A stretch of 64,000 nt of DNA, taken from NCBI GenBank assembly GCA_037447115.1, contig JBBIHH010000007.1:17188-81187 (forward strand). The letters run 5' to 3'. Of the stretch, positions 16,681-33,004 are shown piece by piece (within the stretch, counting starts at the first letter, position 1; each line of letters begins with the position of its first letter). Position numbers and translations under genes: made by a program. This stretch comes from Acidobacteriota bacterium. GTDB lineage: Bacteria > Acidobacteriota > Polarisedimenticolia > Polarisedimenticolales > JBBIHH01. The notes under the pieces are model-generated. The model made no database searches. It was not told the origin of the DNA and saw only the letters and a list, made by a program, of their open reading frames with translations.

Positions 16681-19521
16681 TCACTCGCGCGTCTGCACGG
16701 GATAGGACAGCATGTCCCCGTACTTATTGAAGGCGATCTCGAGGGGCTCCTCGGGTACCTTGAAACGGAAGGGCGACTCGGGCCCCTCGACCCGGATCTG
16801 CGTGGCGTACTCCTGCTTGCTCTTGCGACCGGTGACGACGACGCGTCCCACGCCGAGATAGTACTGCCCCTCGACGGGGAAGCGGTCTTTGCCGATCGCG
16901 AGCCGCTGGCGTACCACGCCCTCCACGAGCCACTTGCCGTCCTCGGTGCGGCGGGTCCGGTAGTCCACCGTGAACTCCGGAATCGCCACACCGCGGATCC
17001 ACTGATCGAAGAACCAGCCCATCGGCACCTGGTAGACCTCCTCCGCCACCCGCTGCATGTCCAGCGTGACGATCTCCTTGCTCTTGAGCTTCTGGGCCAG
17101 CGCCCGCAAGAAGGCGAAGAGCTTCTCGTCACCGAAAGTCATGCGCAGCACGTGGAAGGCGAAGGGGCCCTTGTTGTAGACGGCGGAGGTGTAGTTGAAC
17201 GGATCGGGGCTGGCGAGGCCGGAGGCGTCCTGCACGCTCGTCGTCATGTCCGTTTCCAGCACGTTGTGGCGCCACTCCTCGACCTTTTCCAGGTACTCCT
17301 GCTTGCTGAAGGCGTTCTCCATGAAGAGGGCCGAGGCGTACTCGGCCAGGCTTTCCACGAACCAGTAGTTCCACGTGTTCGCGTTCGCCACGATGGAGCC
17401 CCACCACTGGTGGCCCACCTCGTGGGCGACGACGGACTTCAGGAACTTGGCGGTCTGGGTGCCGCCGCCCAGGCTCGCGAGCGCGCCCTCGCCACGGAAC
17501 ACGAAGGCGCCGAGGTAGATGAGCGAGCTCGGGGCCTGCCCATAGAGAAAGCCCAGGGGATCGGCCACGAGATCGAGCTTGCCGTAGGGGTAGTCGATCT
17601 GGAAGATCTCGCGGTAGAGGTTGAGCGAGTTCGCGGCCTGCTGGGCGATGGCTTTCAGTTGCCGGGCGCGGATCCCCCGCGCCCCCGCCTCGAAGGCCGT
17701 GATGTCTTTCTGGAACTCGTCGACGTTGGTGGGCTCCTCCAGCTTGACCGTCTGGATGCTCACCTTGTCCACGAAGACCTCCACCGGGATCTTGGTGCCA
17801 TCCCGTTTCTTCGCTTCGACGTCCGGGGTATCGCTGATGTACTCGCCGAAGGTGACGGAGGGGAACTCCACGGGGCTGTCCGTCATCCAGCGCGTGATGC
17901 GCACATCTCCTTCGACCTTATCCTCTACCTTGCGGCCGATACCCAGGACGCGGTAGCGGGCGGGCACCTTGACCGTCAGCTGCACGTCGTCGATGAAATC
18001 GCCGAACCGCACGAAGGGCAGCCAGCCACCCCGAGCCACATAGGAAAACGAAGGGTTGACTTTGGTGACGGTGCCCCGGGTCTGGAACTGCATGCGCAAG
18101 GTGAAGGTCTCCCCCGCCTTCACCGGCTGCCGGAGCACGACGAGCCCGGTGACGGGACCCTGCTTGACCCACGTGAGTTCGTTGCCCTCGCCGTCCTGGA
18201 TCGAGTCCACGGACATCGTGGGGTTGCGCAGCTCGCGCCGCTCCTCGCCGATGAGGTTCTCGCGGGCGATGAAGAACGGCACGCGTTCGAGATCCCGCTT
18301 GGCCCGGAAGCGGTACGTGACATCGGAGCGCTGGAGCTCCGCGTCTCCCAACCCGAGCTCCACCTCGCCGTGCAGGGCCTGCATGTCGTAGTCGCGCGCC
18401 TCGGGGTCGTCGCGCAACTCCAGTTCGTACGGAGACGCGCCCGACTCGCGCAGCGCCCGCGAGTGATACGCCAGGATCGGGCCGAACCAGGTGTCCCACA
18501 TGCCGAGCCGCGTCACCCACAGCTGCACGTCCTTGGGGGCCCAGCTGTCCCAGGCGAGAAGCAGGCTGTGGTCCCCGAGCTCAGGCGTCCCGCCACCGAC
18601 GAGCCCGAGGAAGAAATCCCCATAGATCCCGACATCCCAGAGGATTTCCCGTCCTTTCTTGTTGAGGCCGATCCAGATCGTGCGCCGGTCCGGCGGGACC
18701 TCGGTGCGAAAGCCCGCGAAGGGGTTCTGGTCGAGCGCGCGCCGGTAGCGCCCTTCGTAGTCGGCGTGGAGACGCAGCAATTCCTCGCTCGCCTGCGTGC
18801 GGTCCACGTCGCGCAATCCCGAGAAGCCGTCCCGCAACAGGCGCTCGCAGCTCTCGGGATCGCACAGGACGCTGGCGAAGCGGGGCGTGAACTCGAGATC
18901 GTCCCGCGCCTTGTTCTTGTAGTACCGGTACACGGAGAAGTACTGCCGCGTGGCCTCCGCGGGCGGCGTGTACTCGTAGCGCAGGCCGTCGGCCACGAGC
19001 ACGAAGCCTGCCGGCTTGCCGAGCACGAAGTCGCGGAAGAGGAACCCCGCGCCACCCGACACGTGCAGGCCCTCCAGCTCCAGGTCGATCTTGTCGAAGC
19101 GGTGAAAGGTCTCGTCCCCCATCACGGGCCGAAACACCCCCACGAGCCTGTCTTCGACCTCTTCCCCCACGATCGCCCACTTGCCGCCCGCGCGCTTGAG
19201 CGTCAGGCGCTTGCGCTCCGTCAGAAGCGAACCGTCCTCGCGCACCGTGTCTTCGTGAAAGGTGACCTGGAGCGTTTCGGCGTCCACGGGCACGACGCTG
19301 CGCGAGTACGCGCCGCGTTGGAGCGAGCGGCCCTGGGCGTCCTTCCGCTCCCAGAGATCGGCGACCTTTTTGTTCAAGACCGCCCGCAGCGCCTCGCACT
19401 CGTCGCGGGGCAGGATCTCCTCGCAACGTTGGCCCTTGGTCGCGGCCGCGGGCGTCGCGGCGAGCAGCGCGACGCACAGCACCGCCACGGACGATCCTCT
19501 CGATGGGTGTCTGCGGATCAT
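16681..19521 (-). CDS. Secreted M1-family (gluzincin) metallopeptidase with long N-terminal region
   Basis: Signal SVAVLCVALLAATPAAATKG. HEVGHQWWG followed 18 residues later by E in WFVESLAEY (HEXXH-X18-E). The HEXXH starts at residue 700 of 946 by my nucleotide count. Confidence 0.8.
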   Translation of the reverse strand: MIRRHPSRGSSVAVLCVALLAATPAAATKGQRCEEILPRDECEALRAVLNKKVADLWERKDAQGRSLQRGAYSRSVVPVDAETLQVTFHEDTVREDGSLLTERKRLTLKRAGGKWAIVGEEVEDRLVGVFRPVMGDETFHRFDKIDLELEGLHVSGGAGFLFRDFVLGKPAGFVLVADGLRYEYTPPAEATRQYFSVYRYYKNKARDDLEFTPRFASVLCDPESCERLLRDGFSGLRDVDRTQASEELLRLHADYEGRYRRALDQNPFAGFRTEVPPDRRTIWIGLNKKGREILWDVGIYGDFFLGLVGGGTPELGDHSLLLAWDSWAPKDVQLWVTRLGMWDTWFGPILAYHSRALRESGASPYELELRDDPEARDYDMQALHGEVELGLGDAELQRSDVTYRFRAKRDLERVPFFIARENLIGEERRELRNPTMSVDSIQDGEGNELTWVKQGPVTGLVVLRQPVKAGETFTLRMQFQTRGTVTKVNPSFSYVARGGWLPFVRFGDFIDDVQLTVKVPARYRVLGIGRKVEDKVEGDVRITRWMTDSPVEFPSVTFGEYISDTPDVEAKKRDGTKIPVEVFVDKVSIQTVKLEEPTNVDEFQKDITAFEAGARGIRARQLKAIAQQAANSLNLYREIFQIDYPYGKLDLVADPLGFLYGQAPSSLIYLGAFVFRGEGALASLGGGTQTAKFLKSVVAHEVGHQWWGSIVANANTWNYWFVESLAEYASALFMENAFSKQEYLEKVEEWRHNVLETDMTTSVQDASGLASPDPFNYTSAVYNKGPFAFHVLRMTFGDEKLFAFLRALAQKLKSKEIVTLDMQRVAEEVYQVPMGWFFDQWIRGVAIPEFTVDYRTRRTEDGKWLVEGVVRQRLAIGKDRFPVEGQYYLGVGRVVVTGRKSKQEYATQIRVEGPESPFRFKVPEEPLEIAFNKYGDMLSYPVQTRE

Positions 19522-19591
19522 CCTCCACCTCCTCCGGTCCCTCTCGCGGTTCTCCCGGTTGCCCCCATGATACCTCTGTCCCGCGGCGGGT

Positions 19592-21780
19592 TCACCGCGG
19601 CCACGGCGACACTCCCCCGCCGTGGAGGAGGGATGGCGCAGGCGCGGGCTCGCCCTCGTAGAAGCGGCGCTGCTCGCGTACCATCTCCCGCAGGAGCGGC
19701 GCCGGCGCGAAGCGCTCCCCGAGCGCCTCGGCCAGGCGCACCAGGCGGTCCGTGATGACCGGCACGCCCGTGGCGTCCGCCCATCGCAGGATCCCCCCGC
19801 GGAACGGCGGGAAGCCCGTCCCCAGCACCAGGGCCACGTCCACGTCCTGGGGTTCGCCCACGACCCCCTCCTCGAGGCAGCGGGCGGCCTCGTTCACGAT
19901 CGCCAGGATCATGCGCTCCTGCAGCATCTCGGGGGGGATCTCGCGGCGCGGCCCGGCGCCGGCCGCCGGGTAGACCGACTCGTCCGGACCCCGCCGCCGC
20001 TGCCCGTCGTAGCGGTAGAACCCGCGGCCGCTCTTGACCCCGAGCCGCCCGTCGGCCACCATCTTTTCCAGCAGCGGGCTGGCCGACGCCGCCTGGACGG
20101 GAAAGGCCGCCGCCAGCACCCGCGCGACGTGCAGCGCCGTGTCGAGGCCCACCTGATCCAGCAGCGCCAGAGGACCCACGGGCATGCCGAAGCCCGTCAT
20201 CGCCCGATCCACCGCCTCGATGGACACGCCCTCGCCCACGAGAAGCAGCGCCTCGTTGAGATAGGGCATCAGGATCCGGTTCACGAGAAAGCCCGGGCGG
20301 TCGCGCACGACGACCGGCGTCTTGCCCAGCCGCACCGCCAGGGCATGGACCGTGGCCAGGGCCTCGGGGGAGGTCCGCTCGCCGGCGACGATCTCCACGA
20401 GAGGCATGCGCGGGACGGGGTTGAAAAAGTGCAGGCCCACGACGCGCTCCGGATGGAGGGCCCGGGCGGCGATCTCCGTGATGGGGATGGACGAGGTGTT
20501 GGAAGCGAAAACCGCACGCTCGCTCGTGCGCCGCTCGACCTCGGCCAGCACGTCGCGCTTGACCTGCAGGTCCTCGACGACCGCCTCGATCACGAGATCC
20601 ACGTGGCGCAGCCCGCTCCAGTCGAGCGTCAGCGAGAGATAGCCCAGGCGCTGGCGGGCCTCGCGCGCACCGATCCGGCGCTGCTCCACGCGCCGCCGCC
20701 AGAGCCCCGCCGCAGTGCGCGCGGCCTCCAGGAGCGCCTCGGGGCGCACATCGCGCAGGCGAACGGGGATGCCGCGGTCCGCCAGCAGGTACGCGATGCC
20801 GCTGCCCATGATGCCCGCGCCGAGCACCGCCGCGCGCCGCACATCGCGTGGGGGCGCGGCGAAGGTACCCGCGGTGCGCTTGCGGGCGGTCTGCGTCTTG
20901 AAGAGCCAGATCAGGTTCTTGGAAGTCGTACTGGCGACCAGCTCCCCCACGATGCGGGCCTCGATGTCGAGCCCCTCGGGCAGGGGCCGCGTCAGGGCTG
21001 CCTCCAGCGCTTCGAGCGCGCGAAAGGGCGCCGGGTATTCGAGCTCCCGCACGCGCGCGGCGGTGCGCTTGCGGGCCTGAGCCAGAACGTAGCGCCTGAG
21101 GGGCGGGACTGTTTCCACGAGGCGCGCCGCAACGTGCTTCGCGCGGCGCCGAGCCGGCGCCTGCCCCAGCAGCCAGCGCCGCGCCTCGCGCACGAGATAG
21201 GCCTCGGGGACGAGCGCGTCCACGAGTCCGATCCGGAGCGCGCGCCGAGCGTCCACGGCGCGTCCGGCCAGCACCAGCTCCAGCGACGGGCCCAGCCCCA
21301 CGAGCCGCGGCAGCCGCTGCGTCCCGCCGAAGCCGGGAATGATGCCGAGCTGGACTTCGGGCAGCCCGATCTGCACGGATGGGTCGTCAGCCGCGAGCCT
21401 CCACGTGCAAGCGAGCGCCAGTTCCGTGCCCCCGCCGAGGCACACCCCGCGGATGGCGCACGCGCTCGGCCACGGGAAGTCCGCGATGCGTCCCAGCACG
21501 CGCTGGCCGAATCGCGCGGCCTCGGCCGCCTGGTGCGCCTCGCGCACCGCCGCGATGGCCTCCACATCCACCCCGGCCAGGAACATGCCGGGCTTGTCGC
21601 TGCGGAAGAGCAGTCCCCGCACCGCCTCCTCACGGCGCCAGAGCTCCAGCCAACCCTCGAGCGCCACGAGGATCTCCGGCGTGAGCAGATTGACCTTCTC
21701 CCCGGGCCGGTCGAACACCACATGGACGATGCCGTCATCGTCGCGCTCCCACCGCACGCCGCTCGCCTCAGGGGCCTCGT

Positions 21781-21784
<4 letters not shown>
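19592..21784 (-). CDS. Fatty-acid oxidation complex alpha subunit (enoyl-CoA hydratase / 3-hydroxyacyl-CoA dehydrogenase, FadB/FadJ-like)
   Basis: ORF 19592..22792 trimmed to ATG 21784 (MNEAPEASGVRWERDDDGIVHVVFDRPGEKVN). Crotonase fold, then NAD-binding AAVLGAGIMGSGIAY. There is an ATGA overlap with the thiolase stop. Confidence 0.85.
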
Positions 21785-23084
<1,300 letters not shown>

Positions 23085-23088
<4 letters not shown>

Positions 23089-24494
23089 TTCTCGCTTCCC
23101 TCCTCGCGCCGCAGGCCGTAAGCCTCGAGCTTCTTGTAGAGGTTGGAGCGCGGTGTGTCGATGGCCTTGGCCGTGGCGGCGATGTTCCAATCGTGCTCGC
23201 GCAGTTTGGCCAGGAGAAACGCCCGCTCCGCCTCTTCCTTGAAGGCCTGCAGGCTGCGGCCGCCTACGGGGACGCGCACCACACTCCCGTCCGCCTCGAA
23301 GCTCGGGGCCGCCCCCAGGGGCATGCCGAGCCCCGCCGGAATATCCGCGGCGCGGATCGGATCGTGGGGCGCGAGAATCACGAGACGCTCCACGGCATTG
23401 CGCAGTTCGCGCACGTTACCCGGCCAGGGCATGCGCTGGAGCGCTTCGATCGCCTCCGGGGCGAAACGGCGTCGGCGGTAATTGTTCTCCCGGCAGAAGA
23501 TCTCGACGAAGTAGTCCACGAGCTGCGGAATGTCTTCGCGCCGCTCCCGCAGGGGCGGCACGTGGATCGGCACCACGTGCAGCCGGTAGTACAGGTCCTC
23601 GCGGAAGCGTCCGGCCTCGATCTCCCGCGCCAGGTCCTTGTTCGTCGCGGCGATCACGCGTACATCCACCGTCAGCGTACGCGCGGCCCCCACAGGTTCG
23701 ATCTCCCCGTCCTGCAGGGCCCGCAGGACCTTGGACTGCGTGCGCAAGCTCATGTCGCCGATCTCGTCGAGGAACAGCGTGCCCCCGTCGGCCTGCTGGA
23801 ACTTGCCCACCTGTTCGCGGGTCGCACCGGTGAACGCGCCCTTCTCGTGGCCGAAAAGCTCCGATTCGATGAGCTCCTCCGGAATCGCCGCGCAGTTGAC
23901 CTTGACGAACGGCCGGCGCGCGCGGGGGCTGTTGCCGTGGATCGCCCGCGCCACGAGCTCTTTTCCCGTCCCCGACTCCCCCGTGATCAACACCGGCGCT
24001 TTGGTGGGCGCCGCCCGCGCGATCAGCTCCTGCACCCGCCGCAGTGCCGGCGAGTCGCCGACCATGCGGTAGCGGGCCTCGAAGGACAGGCGCCACTGCC
24101 GGTTCTCCTCCTCCAGGCGCCGGAGCTGGAGCGCGTTGCGCAGCACGAGCAGCACCCGTTCGCGCTCCAGGGGTTTCTCCATGAAATCGAAGGCCCCCAG
24201 ACGGGTGGCTTCGACCGCGGTGGCGATCGTCCCGTGCCCGGAAATCATGACCACCGGCAGCTCCGGATCCCGCTCGCGCAGTTCTCGGAGCACCTCGAGG
24301 CCGTCCATGCGCGGCATCTTGATATCCAGCAGCACCGCGTCCGGTCGGGCCTCCACGAGCAGGGCTACCGCCTCTCGACCCGAGGCAGCCTCGATGACCT
24401 CGAGACCTTCGTACTCCAGGATCATCCGCAGCGAGGCGCGGATGTCCTCCTCGTCGTCCACGACCAGGATTTTGGGACGGGTGCCCGCGCTCAT
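23085..24494 (-). CDS. Sigma-54-dependent response regulator (NtrC family: REC + AAA+ + Fis-type HTH)
   Basis: ILVVDDEEDIR, LLDIKMPRMDG, Walker A GESGTGKE, sigma-54 contact loop GAFTGA, and a C-terminal HTH (NIAATAKAIDTPRSNLYKKL). The TGA overlaps the thiolase GTG. Confidence 0.9.
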
Positions 24495-24527
24495 GCCGTG
24501 CACGGAGGCATTCTATCCGAGGGGCCG

Positions 24528-24547
24528 GCCCGGGCGGAGGCCCGGGC
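24528..24547 (-). terminator. Perfect 8-bp GC hairpin between htrA and the downstream sigma-54 activator gene
   Basis: GCCCGGGC-ggag-GCCCGGGC, where each arm is self-complementary. It is followed on the minus strand by TAGAAT (24515..24510) about 16 nt before ATG 24494. Confidence 0.3.
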
Positions 24548-24585
24548 GTCCCGCACCCGCAGCAGGGGTCGAAGGGCGCGGGCGA

Positions 24586-26112
24586 CTACGGCATCCGCAG
24601 GACCACGATGCGACGCTGCTCTGCCCGCGATTCGTAGAGCTCCAGCTTGAGGAGATCTCCGCGGCGAAGGCCTCGGAGGAGCCTCTCCCAGGCCTCCACG
24701 TCCCGTAGCGGCTCGTCGTTGGCTCGGGTCACGACGAACCCCGGCGCAACCCCCTTGGCAGCCGCGTCGGAGACGGGATCCACGCGGCGCACCATCACCC
24801 CTTCCATCGCTTCCGGCAGGCCCAGGTGCTCGCGAATGGGAGCGCTGAGAGCCTCGACCTCGATTCCGAGACTCGGCGGCTTCACCTCCGGCACCTGGGG
24901 CCGCGCCTCGCCACCCCGCAGGCGCTGCAACCCCTCGCTGCGCGACGCGAGCCTGACCGTGAACGTCAGCGACTCGCCGCCGCGGAACACCTCGAGCGTG
25001 ACCGCCTCGCCGGGACGCTTGCGGGCCACGTGGGCGACGAGATCCTCGTTGTTGCGCAGGGGCTGTCCATCGACGGCGCGGATGATGTCGTCGGGCCGGA
25101 TTCCGGCGCGCGCCGCCGGCAGACCGTCCAGCACCTGCGCCACGAGCACGCCGTTCGCGTCGGGCAGGCCGAAGTACTCCCGCATCTCTTCGTCGATGGG
25201 CTGCGGGTTCATCGTGATGCCGAGGAAACCCCGCTCGACCCTGCCGGCCTCGAGGATTTGTTGCACCGCATCGCGGGCCACGTTGATCGGCAGCGCGAAC
25301 GACACGCCCTCCACCAGGGCGTTGGCCATGTCGCCGCGGTAGATGGCGGTGTTGATCCCCACCACGCGCCCGCGCGCGTCGAGCAGGGGTCCGCCCGAGT
25401 TCCCCTTGTTGATCGCCGCGTCGGTCTGGATGAAGCGCGCCAGTCCCGGGTCCGTGCTGCCGATGGAGAAGGCGCGTTCCTTGGCGGACACCACCCCCAC
25501 CGTCACCGAGTGCTCGAGGCCCATCGGGTTGCCGATGGCGAGCACCCACTCCCCCACGCGCAGCGCGTTGGAGTCCCCGAGCGGCAGGGTCGGCAGGCTC
25601 CCGGAAGCGTCGTCCACTTTGAGCAGGGCCAGGTCGATGGACTCGTCGGTCCCCACGACGCGCGCGTCGTAACGGCGCCCCCCGGCGAGCTCCACGCTGA
25701 CGCGCGACGCCCCCTGGACCACGTGCTGGTTCGTGAGAATGTAACCGTCGGGGGAAATGATGAAGCCCGTGCCGAAGCCGACCGGGCTCCGGCGGTCCGG
25801 TTCTTCGAACAGCCAGGGGGGCACCTGCCCGCGGCGCTCGCCCCTGCCCGGTGCCTCCCCTTCCTCCTCGAGCATCGTCGCGCGCACGGCGACGACCGCC
25901 GGCAGGCTGCGCTCGACGATCTCCACGAAATCCGGCGCACCCGCAGCCGGCTCCGCCGCCCGCTCTGCAGGGCTCTCGCCCGGCGCCAGCACGGCCGGCT
26001 GCACGGGCAACCGGGCCGGAAGCGGGGCCCGGAGCTGGCGGCCGCTGAACCAGCCGATCCATGCCCCGGAAACCATGATCAGCACGAGTAGAATTGCGGG
26101 GCGCTTGGGCAT
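24586..26112 (-). CDS. htrA: HtrA/DegP-family periplasmic serine protease with two PDZ domains
   Basis: ORF 24586..26727 trimmed to ATG 26112 (MPKRPAILLVLIMVSGAWIG). Triad contexts TNQHVV, IDLALLKV and GNSGGPLL. Two PDZ-like segments lie downstream. Confidence 0.9.
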   Translation of the reverse strand: MPKRPAILLVLIMVSGAWIGWFSGRQLRAPLPARLPVQPAVLAPGESPAERAAEPAAGAPDFVEIVERSLPAVVAVRATMLEEEGEAPGRGERRGQVPPWLFEEPDRRSPVGFGTGFIISPDGYILTNQHVVQGASRVSVELAGGRRYDARVVGTDESIDLALLKVDDASGSLPTLPLGDSNALRVGEWVLAIGNPMGLEHSVTVGVVSAKERAFSIGSTDPGLARFIQTDAAINKGNSGGPLLDARGRVVGINTAIYRGDMANALVEGVSFALPINVARDAVQQILEAGRVERGFLGITMNPQPIDEEMREYFGLPDANGVLVAQVLDGLPAARAGIRPDDIIRAVDGQPLRNNEDLVAHVARKRPGEAVTLEVFRGGESLTFTVRLASRSEGLQRLRGGEARPQVPEVKPPSLGIEVEALSAPIREHLGLPEAMEGVMVRRVDPVSDAAAKGVAPGFVVTRANDEPLRDVEAWERLLRGLRRGDLLKLELYESRAEQRRIVVLRMP

Positions 26113-26168
26113 GCGGGCCTCCGGTGAGTTCCTGCCGCGAGAAATGATACGCCGGAAATTCCCGGGCT

Positions 26169-26570
26169 TCACGCGCGGTCGCGCCCGGCGAGCAGGTCCG
26201 CCAGGGCGGCGCGCAGCTGGCCAGGGTCCACGGGCTTCTCGAGCACCCGGTCCACCCCGAGCAATCGCGCCTGTTCGCGCAGCTCGTCGTTGAGGTAGGC
26301 AGACACGAGGATGCAGCGTGCCCGGCACTCCCGGCGCCGGAGTTCCGCGAGCAGCGTCAGACCGTCCATGTGGGGCATGCGGTAGTCGAGGAGGATCAGG
26401 GACACGTCCCGCCACTCGCGCGCCCGCGCGAGGGCGGCCCGCGGATCCTGCAGCGTGACCGCCTCCAACCCCGAGCGTCGGAGCAATCGGGCGTAGCAAG
26501 AAAGCACGGAGAGGTCGTCGTCGACGACGAGCACCCGGTGGGCCCCCTCGTCCCGCGGCGCGTTCACCAT
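26169..26570 (-). CDS. Single-domain (CheY-like) response regulator
   Basis: ORF 26169..26663. ATG 26570 is preferred (GGAAGG SD 10 nt upstream). VLVVDDDLSV, LILLDYRMPHMDG, ILVSAY, VLEKPV. Confidence 0.8.
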   Translation of the reverse strand: MVNAPRDEGAHRVLVVDDDLSVLSCYARLLRRSGLEAVTLQDPRAALARAREWRDVSLILLDYRMPHMDGLTLLAELRRRECRARCILVSAYLNDELREQARLLGVDRVLEKPVDPGQLRAALADLLAGRDRA

Positions 26571-26606
26571 GGTGGGCTGGCCTTCCGCCATCGCGCACGT
26601 GTGGGA

Positions 26607-26622
26607 CGCAAGCCCCATGCCG
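26607..26622 (-). promoter_or_regulatory. Candidate sigma-54 (-24/-12) promoter upstream of the CheY-like receiver / htrA genes
   Basis: The minus strand reads CGGCAT-ggggc-TTGCG, with GG and GC at consensus spacing and a perfect TTGC. It lies 36 nt before ATG 26570, with a GGAAGG SD in between. Confidence 0.35.
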
Positions 26623-26647
26623 GAACGCGGGCGGTCGGAGCAGCGGC

Positions 26648-26683
26648 GGCGCTGGCCTCGCACCTGCCATTTTGGCGCTGGCC
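26648..26683. repeat. 10-nt direct repeat (GGCGCTGGCC x2, 26-nt period) upstream of the candidate sigma-54 promoter
   Basis: Identical decamers lie at 26648..26657 and 26674..26683, about 25-60 nt upstream (in the minus sense) of the -24 element. The function is unknown. Confidence 0.4.
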
Positions 26684-26727
26684 GCGCCGGGACCCGGCCA
26701 AGCGGGCGGCCTGCCGGAGCCCGCCAC

Positions 26728-28122
<1,395 letters not shown>

Positions 28123-28192
28123 CTCAGCTCGACCCGCGTTCAATCTACCGCCGCGGCGCGGGGCGCGCACGGTGTCGCGCGCCCTCCGGGGC

Positions 28193-31590
<3,398 letters not shown>

Positions 31591-31792
31591 GTCGGAGATC
31601 CCGCCAAAGCGGGCCGATATAGGCGAAAGTAAAACGTAGATATTGCACTCTTCGTATTCTAGCCTTCACCCAAAACAGCGTCCTGCGGAGAATCTGCAGC
31701 AGGAAGTCGTTGCCTTCCCGTGGTACGCTTGACGCGGGCGCGAGCGGGGGGTATCTGCCGAGGTAGAACCGAGGGGTGGGAGACGGAGCGTC

Positions 31793-33004
31793 ATGGAAGC
31801 AAAGCCAGCTGCCGTGGATAGCCGCCCGAGGGAGCCGAGGACCCGCGGGAGCCAGCGCCTGGGGGCCTACCTCCGCCGCTTGCGCGTCGGGTACGGGTAC
31901 TCGCTGCGCCGCGTGGAGGAACGCGCGCGCGCCGAGGGTGGGGAAATCGACAACTCGCAGCTGAGTCGTTACGAGAAGGGCCTCTGTTACCCCTCGTTCG
32001 ACAAACTGCGCGTCCTCGCCAGCGTGTTCAACGTGCCGATCCAGACCTTCTCCGACGTCGTGGACCTGGAGGCCTTCGAGCACCTCAAACCCGAAACCTC
32101 CGACCCCGACGCCCTGATGGAAGCGGGCACGGCGGCGTTGAAAAAGGGCGAGGTGGCCCGGGCTTTTGCCTGCTACGAGCGGGCTCTGGAAGTGCTCCAG
32201 GAAGCTCCGGGCAAGGTCGAGCATGCGGTGCGCATCGCCCGCGCGCGGTTGAGCCTGGCCTCCGCGCTCTACCGTCTGGGGAAGCTCTCTCTCGCCGAGC
32301 AGGAGCTCCGGCACGCGCTGCGCACGGGGGTCGCAGACGAACCGCTCTTCCAGGCGCAGCTGATCCTCACCCTCGCCAATGTCCACGCCGATCAGGGGGA
32401 TTGGGTGCTGGCGGAGCTCGAGGCCGAGCGGGCCCACGAGATCGCCCGCGCCGCGGGCCACGAGCTGCTGGCGGCGCGCGCCCTGCACACCGTCGCCCGC
32501 GTCCTCGCCGACCAGGGCCGGCACCTCGAAAGCATCGAGCGTTACCGTCAGGCTGCGGCCCTCTACGAGAAGTGCGGCGAGACCCACGAGGCGGTGCGCG
32601 TCCGCGTCAATATCGGCGGCTGCTACGTCGGGACGGGCCGGCTGCGCGAGAGCCTGCGTTTGCTTCGCGCAGCGATGCTTGAGGCGCGCGCCGGAGGGTA
32701 CCGGCGCCAGCAGGCCCGGGCGTGGAGCTTCCTGGGCGAGGCGCACTACAAGCTGGGAGAACTCGACAAGGCCAGGCGGTGCTTCAAGGAATCGGATGCG
32801 CTCGCGGGAATCGACGAGGCGTACCCGGACATCCTCTTCCTCAACGCCTATTACACGTGGCGCATGGCCCAGGACACGGGCAACACGACAGCCGAAAAAA
32901 TCGCTTTCGGACGCCTGAAGGCGCTGCGGTCGCGCCTGGAACGCAGGTTCCCCGAGATCGACGCCTTCGACGCCCAAATCGAGAGGGGGCGCTCCGATGC
33001 GTAA
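31793..33004 (+). CDS. XRE-family HTH transcriptional regulator fused to TPR repeats
   Basis: HTH: LGAYLRRLRVGYGYSLRRVEERA...NSQLSRYEKGLCYPSFDKLRVLASVFNVP. This is followed by about 300 aa of TPR-like helical repeats (ARAFACYERALEV, LGKLSLAEQELRHAL, GELDKARRCFKES). Confidence 0.75.
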   Translation: MEAKPAAVDSRPREPRTRGSQRLGAYLRRLRVGYGYSLRRVEERARAEGGEIDNSQLSRYEKGLCYPSFDKLRVLASVFNVPIQTFSDVVDLEAFEHLKPETSDPDALMEAGTAALKKGEVARAFACYERALEVLQEAPGKVEHAVRIARARLSLASALYRLGKLSLAEQELRHALRTGVADEPLFQAQLILTLANVHADQGDWVLAELEAERAHEIARAAGHELLAARALHTVARVLADQGRHLESIERYRQAAALYEKCGETHEAVRVRVNIGGCYVGTGRLRESLRLLRAAMLEARAGGYRRQQARAWSFLGEAHYKLGELDKARRCFKESDALAGIDEAYPDILFLNAYYTWRMAQDTGNTTAEKIAFGRLKALRSRLERRFPEIDAFDAQIERGRSDA

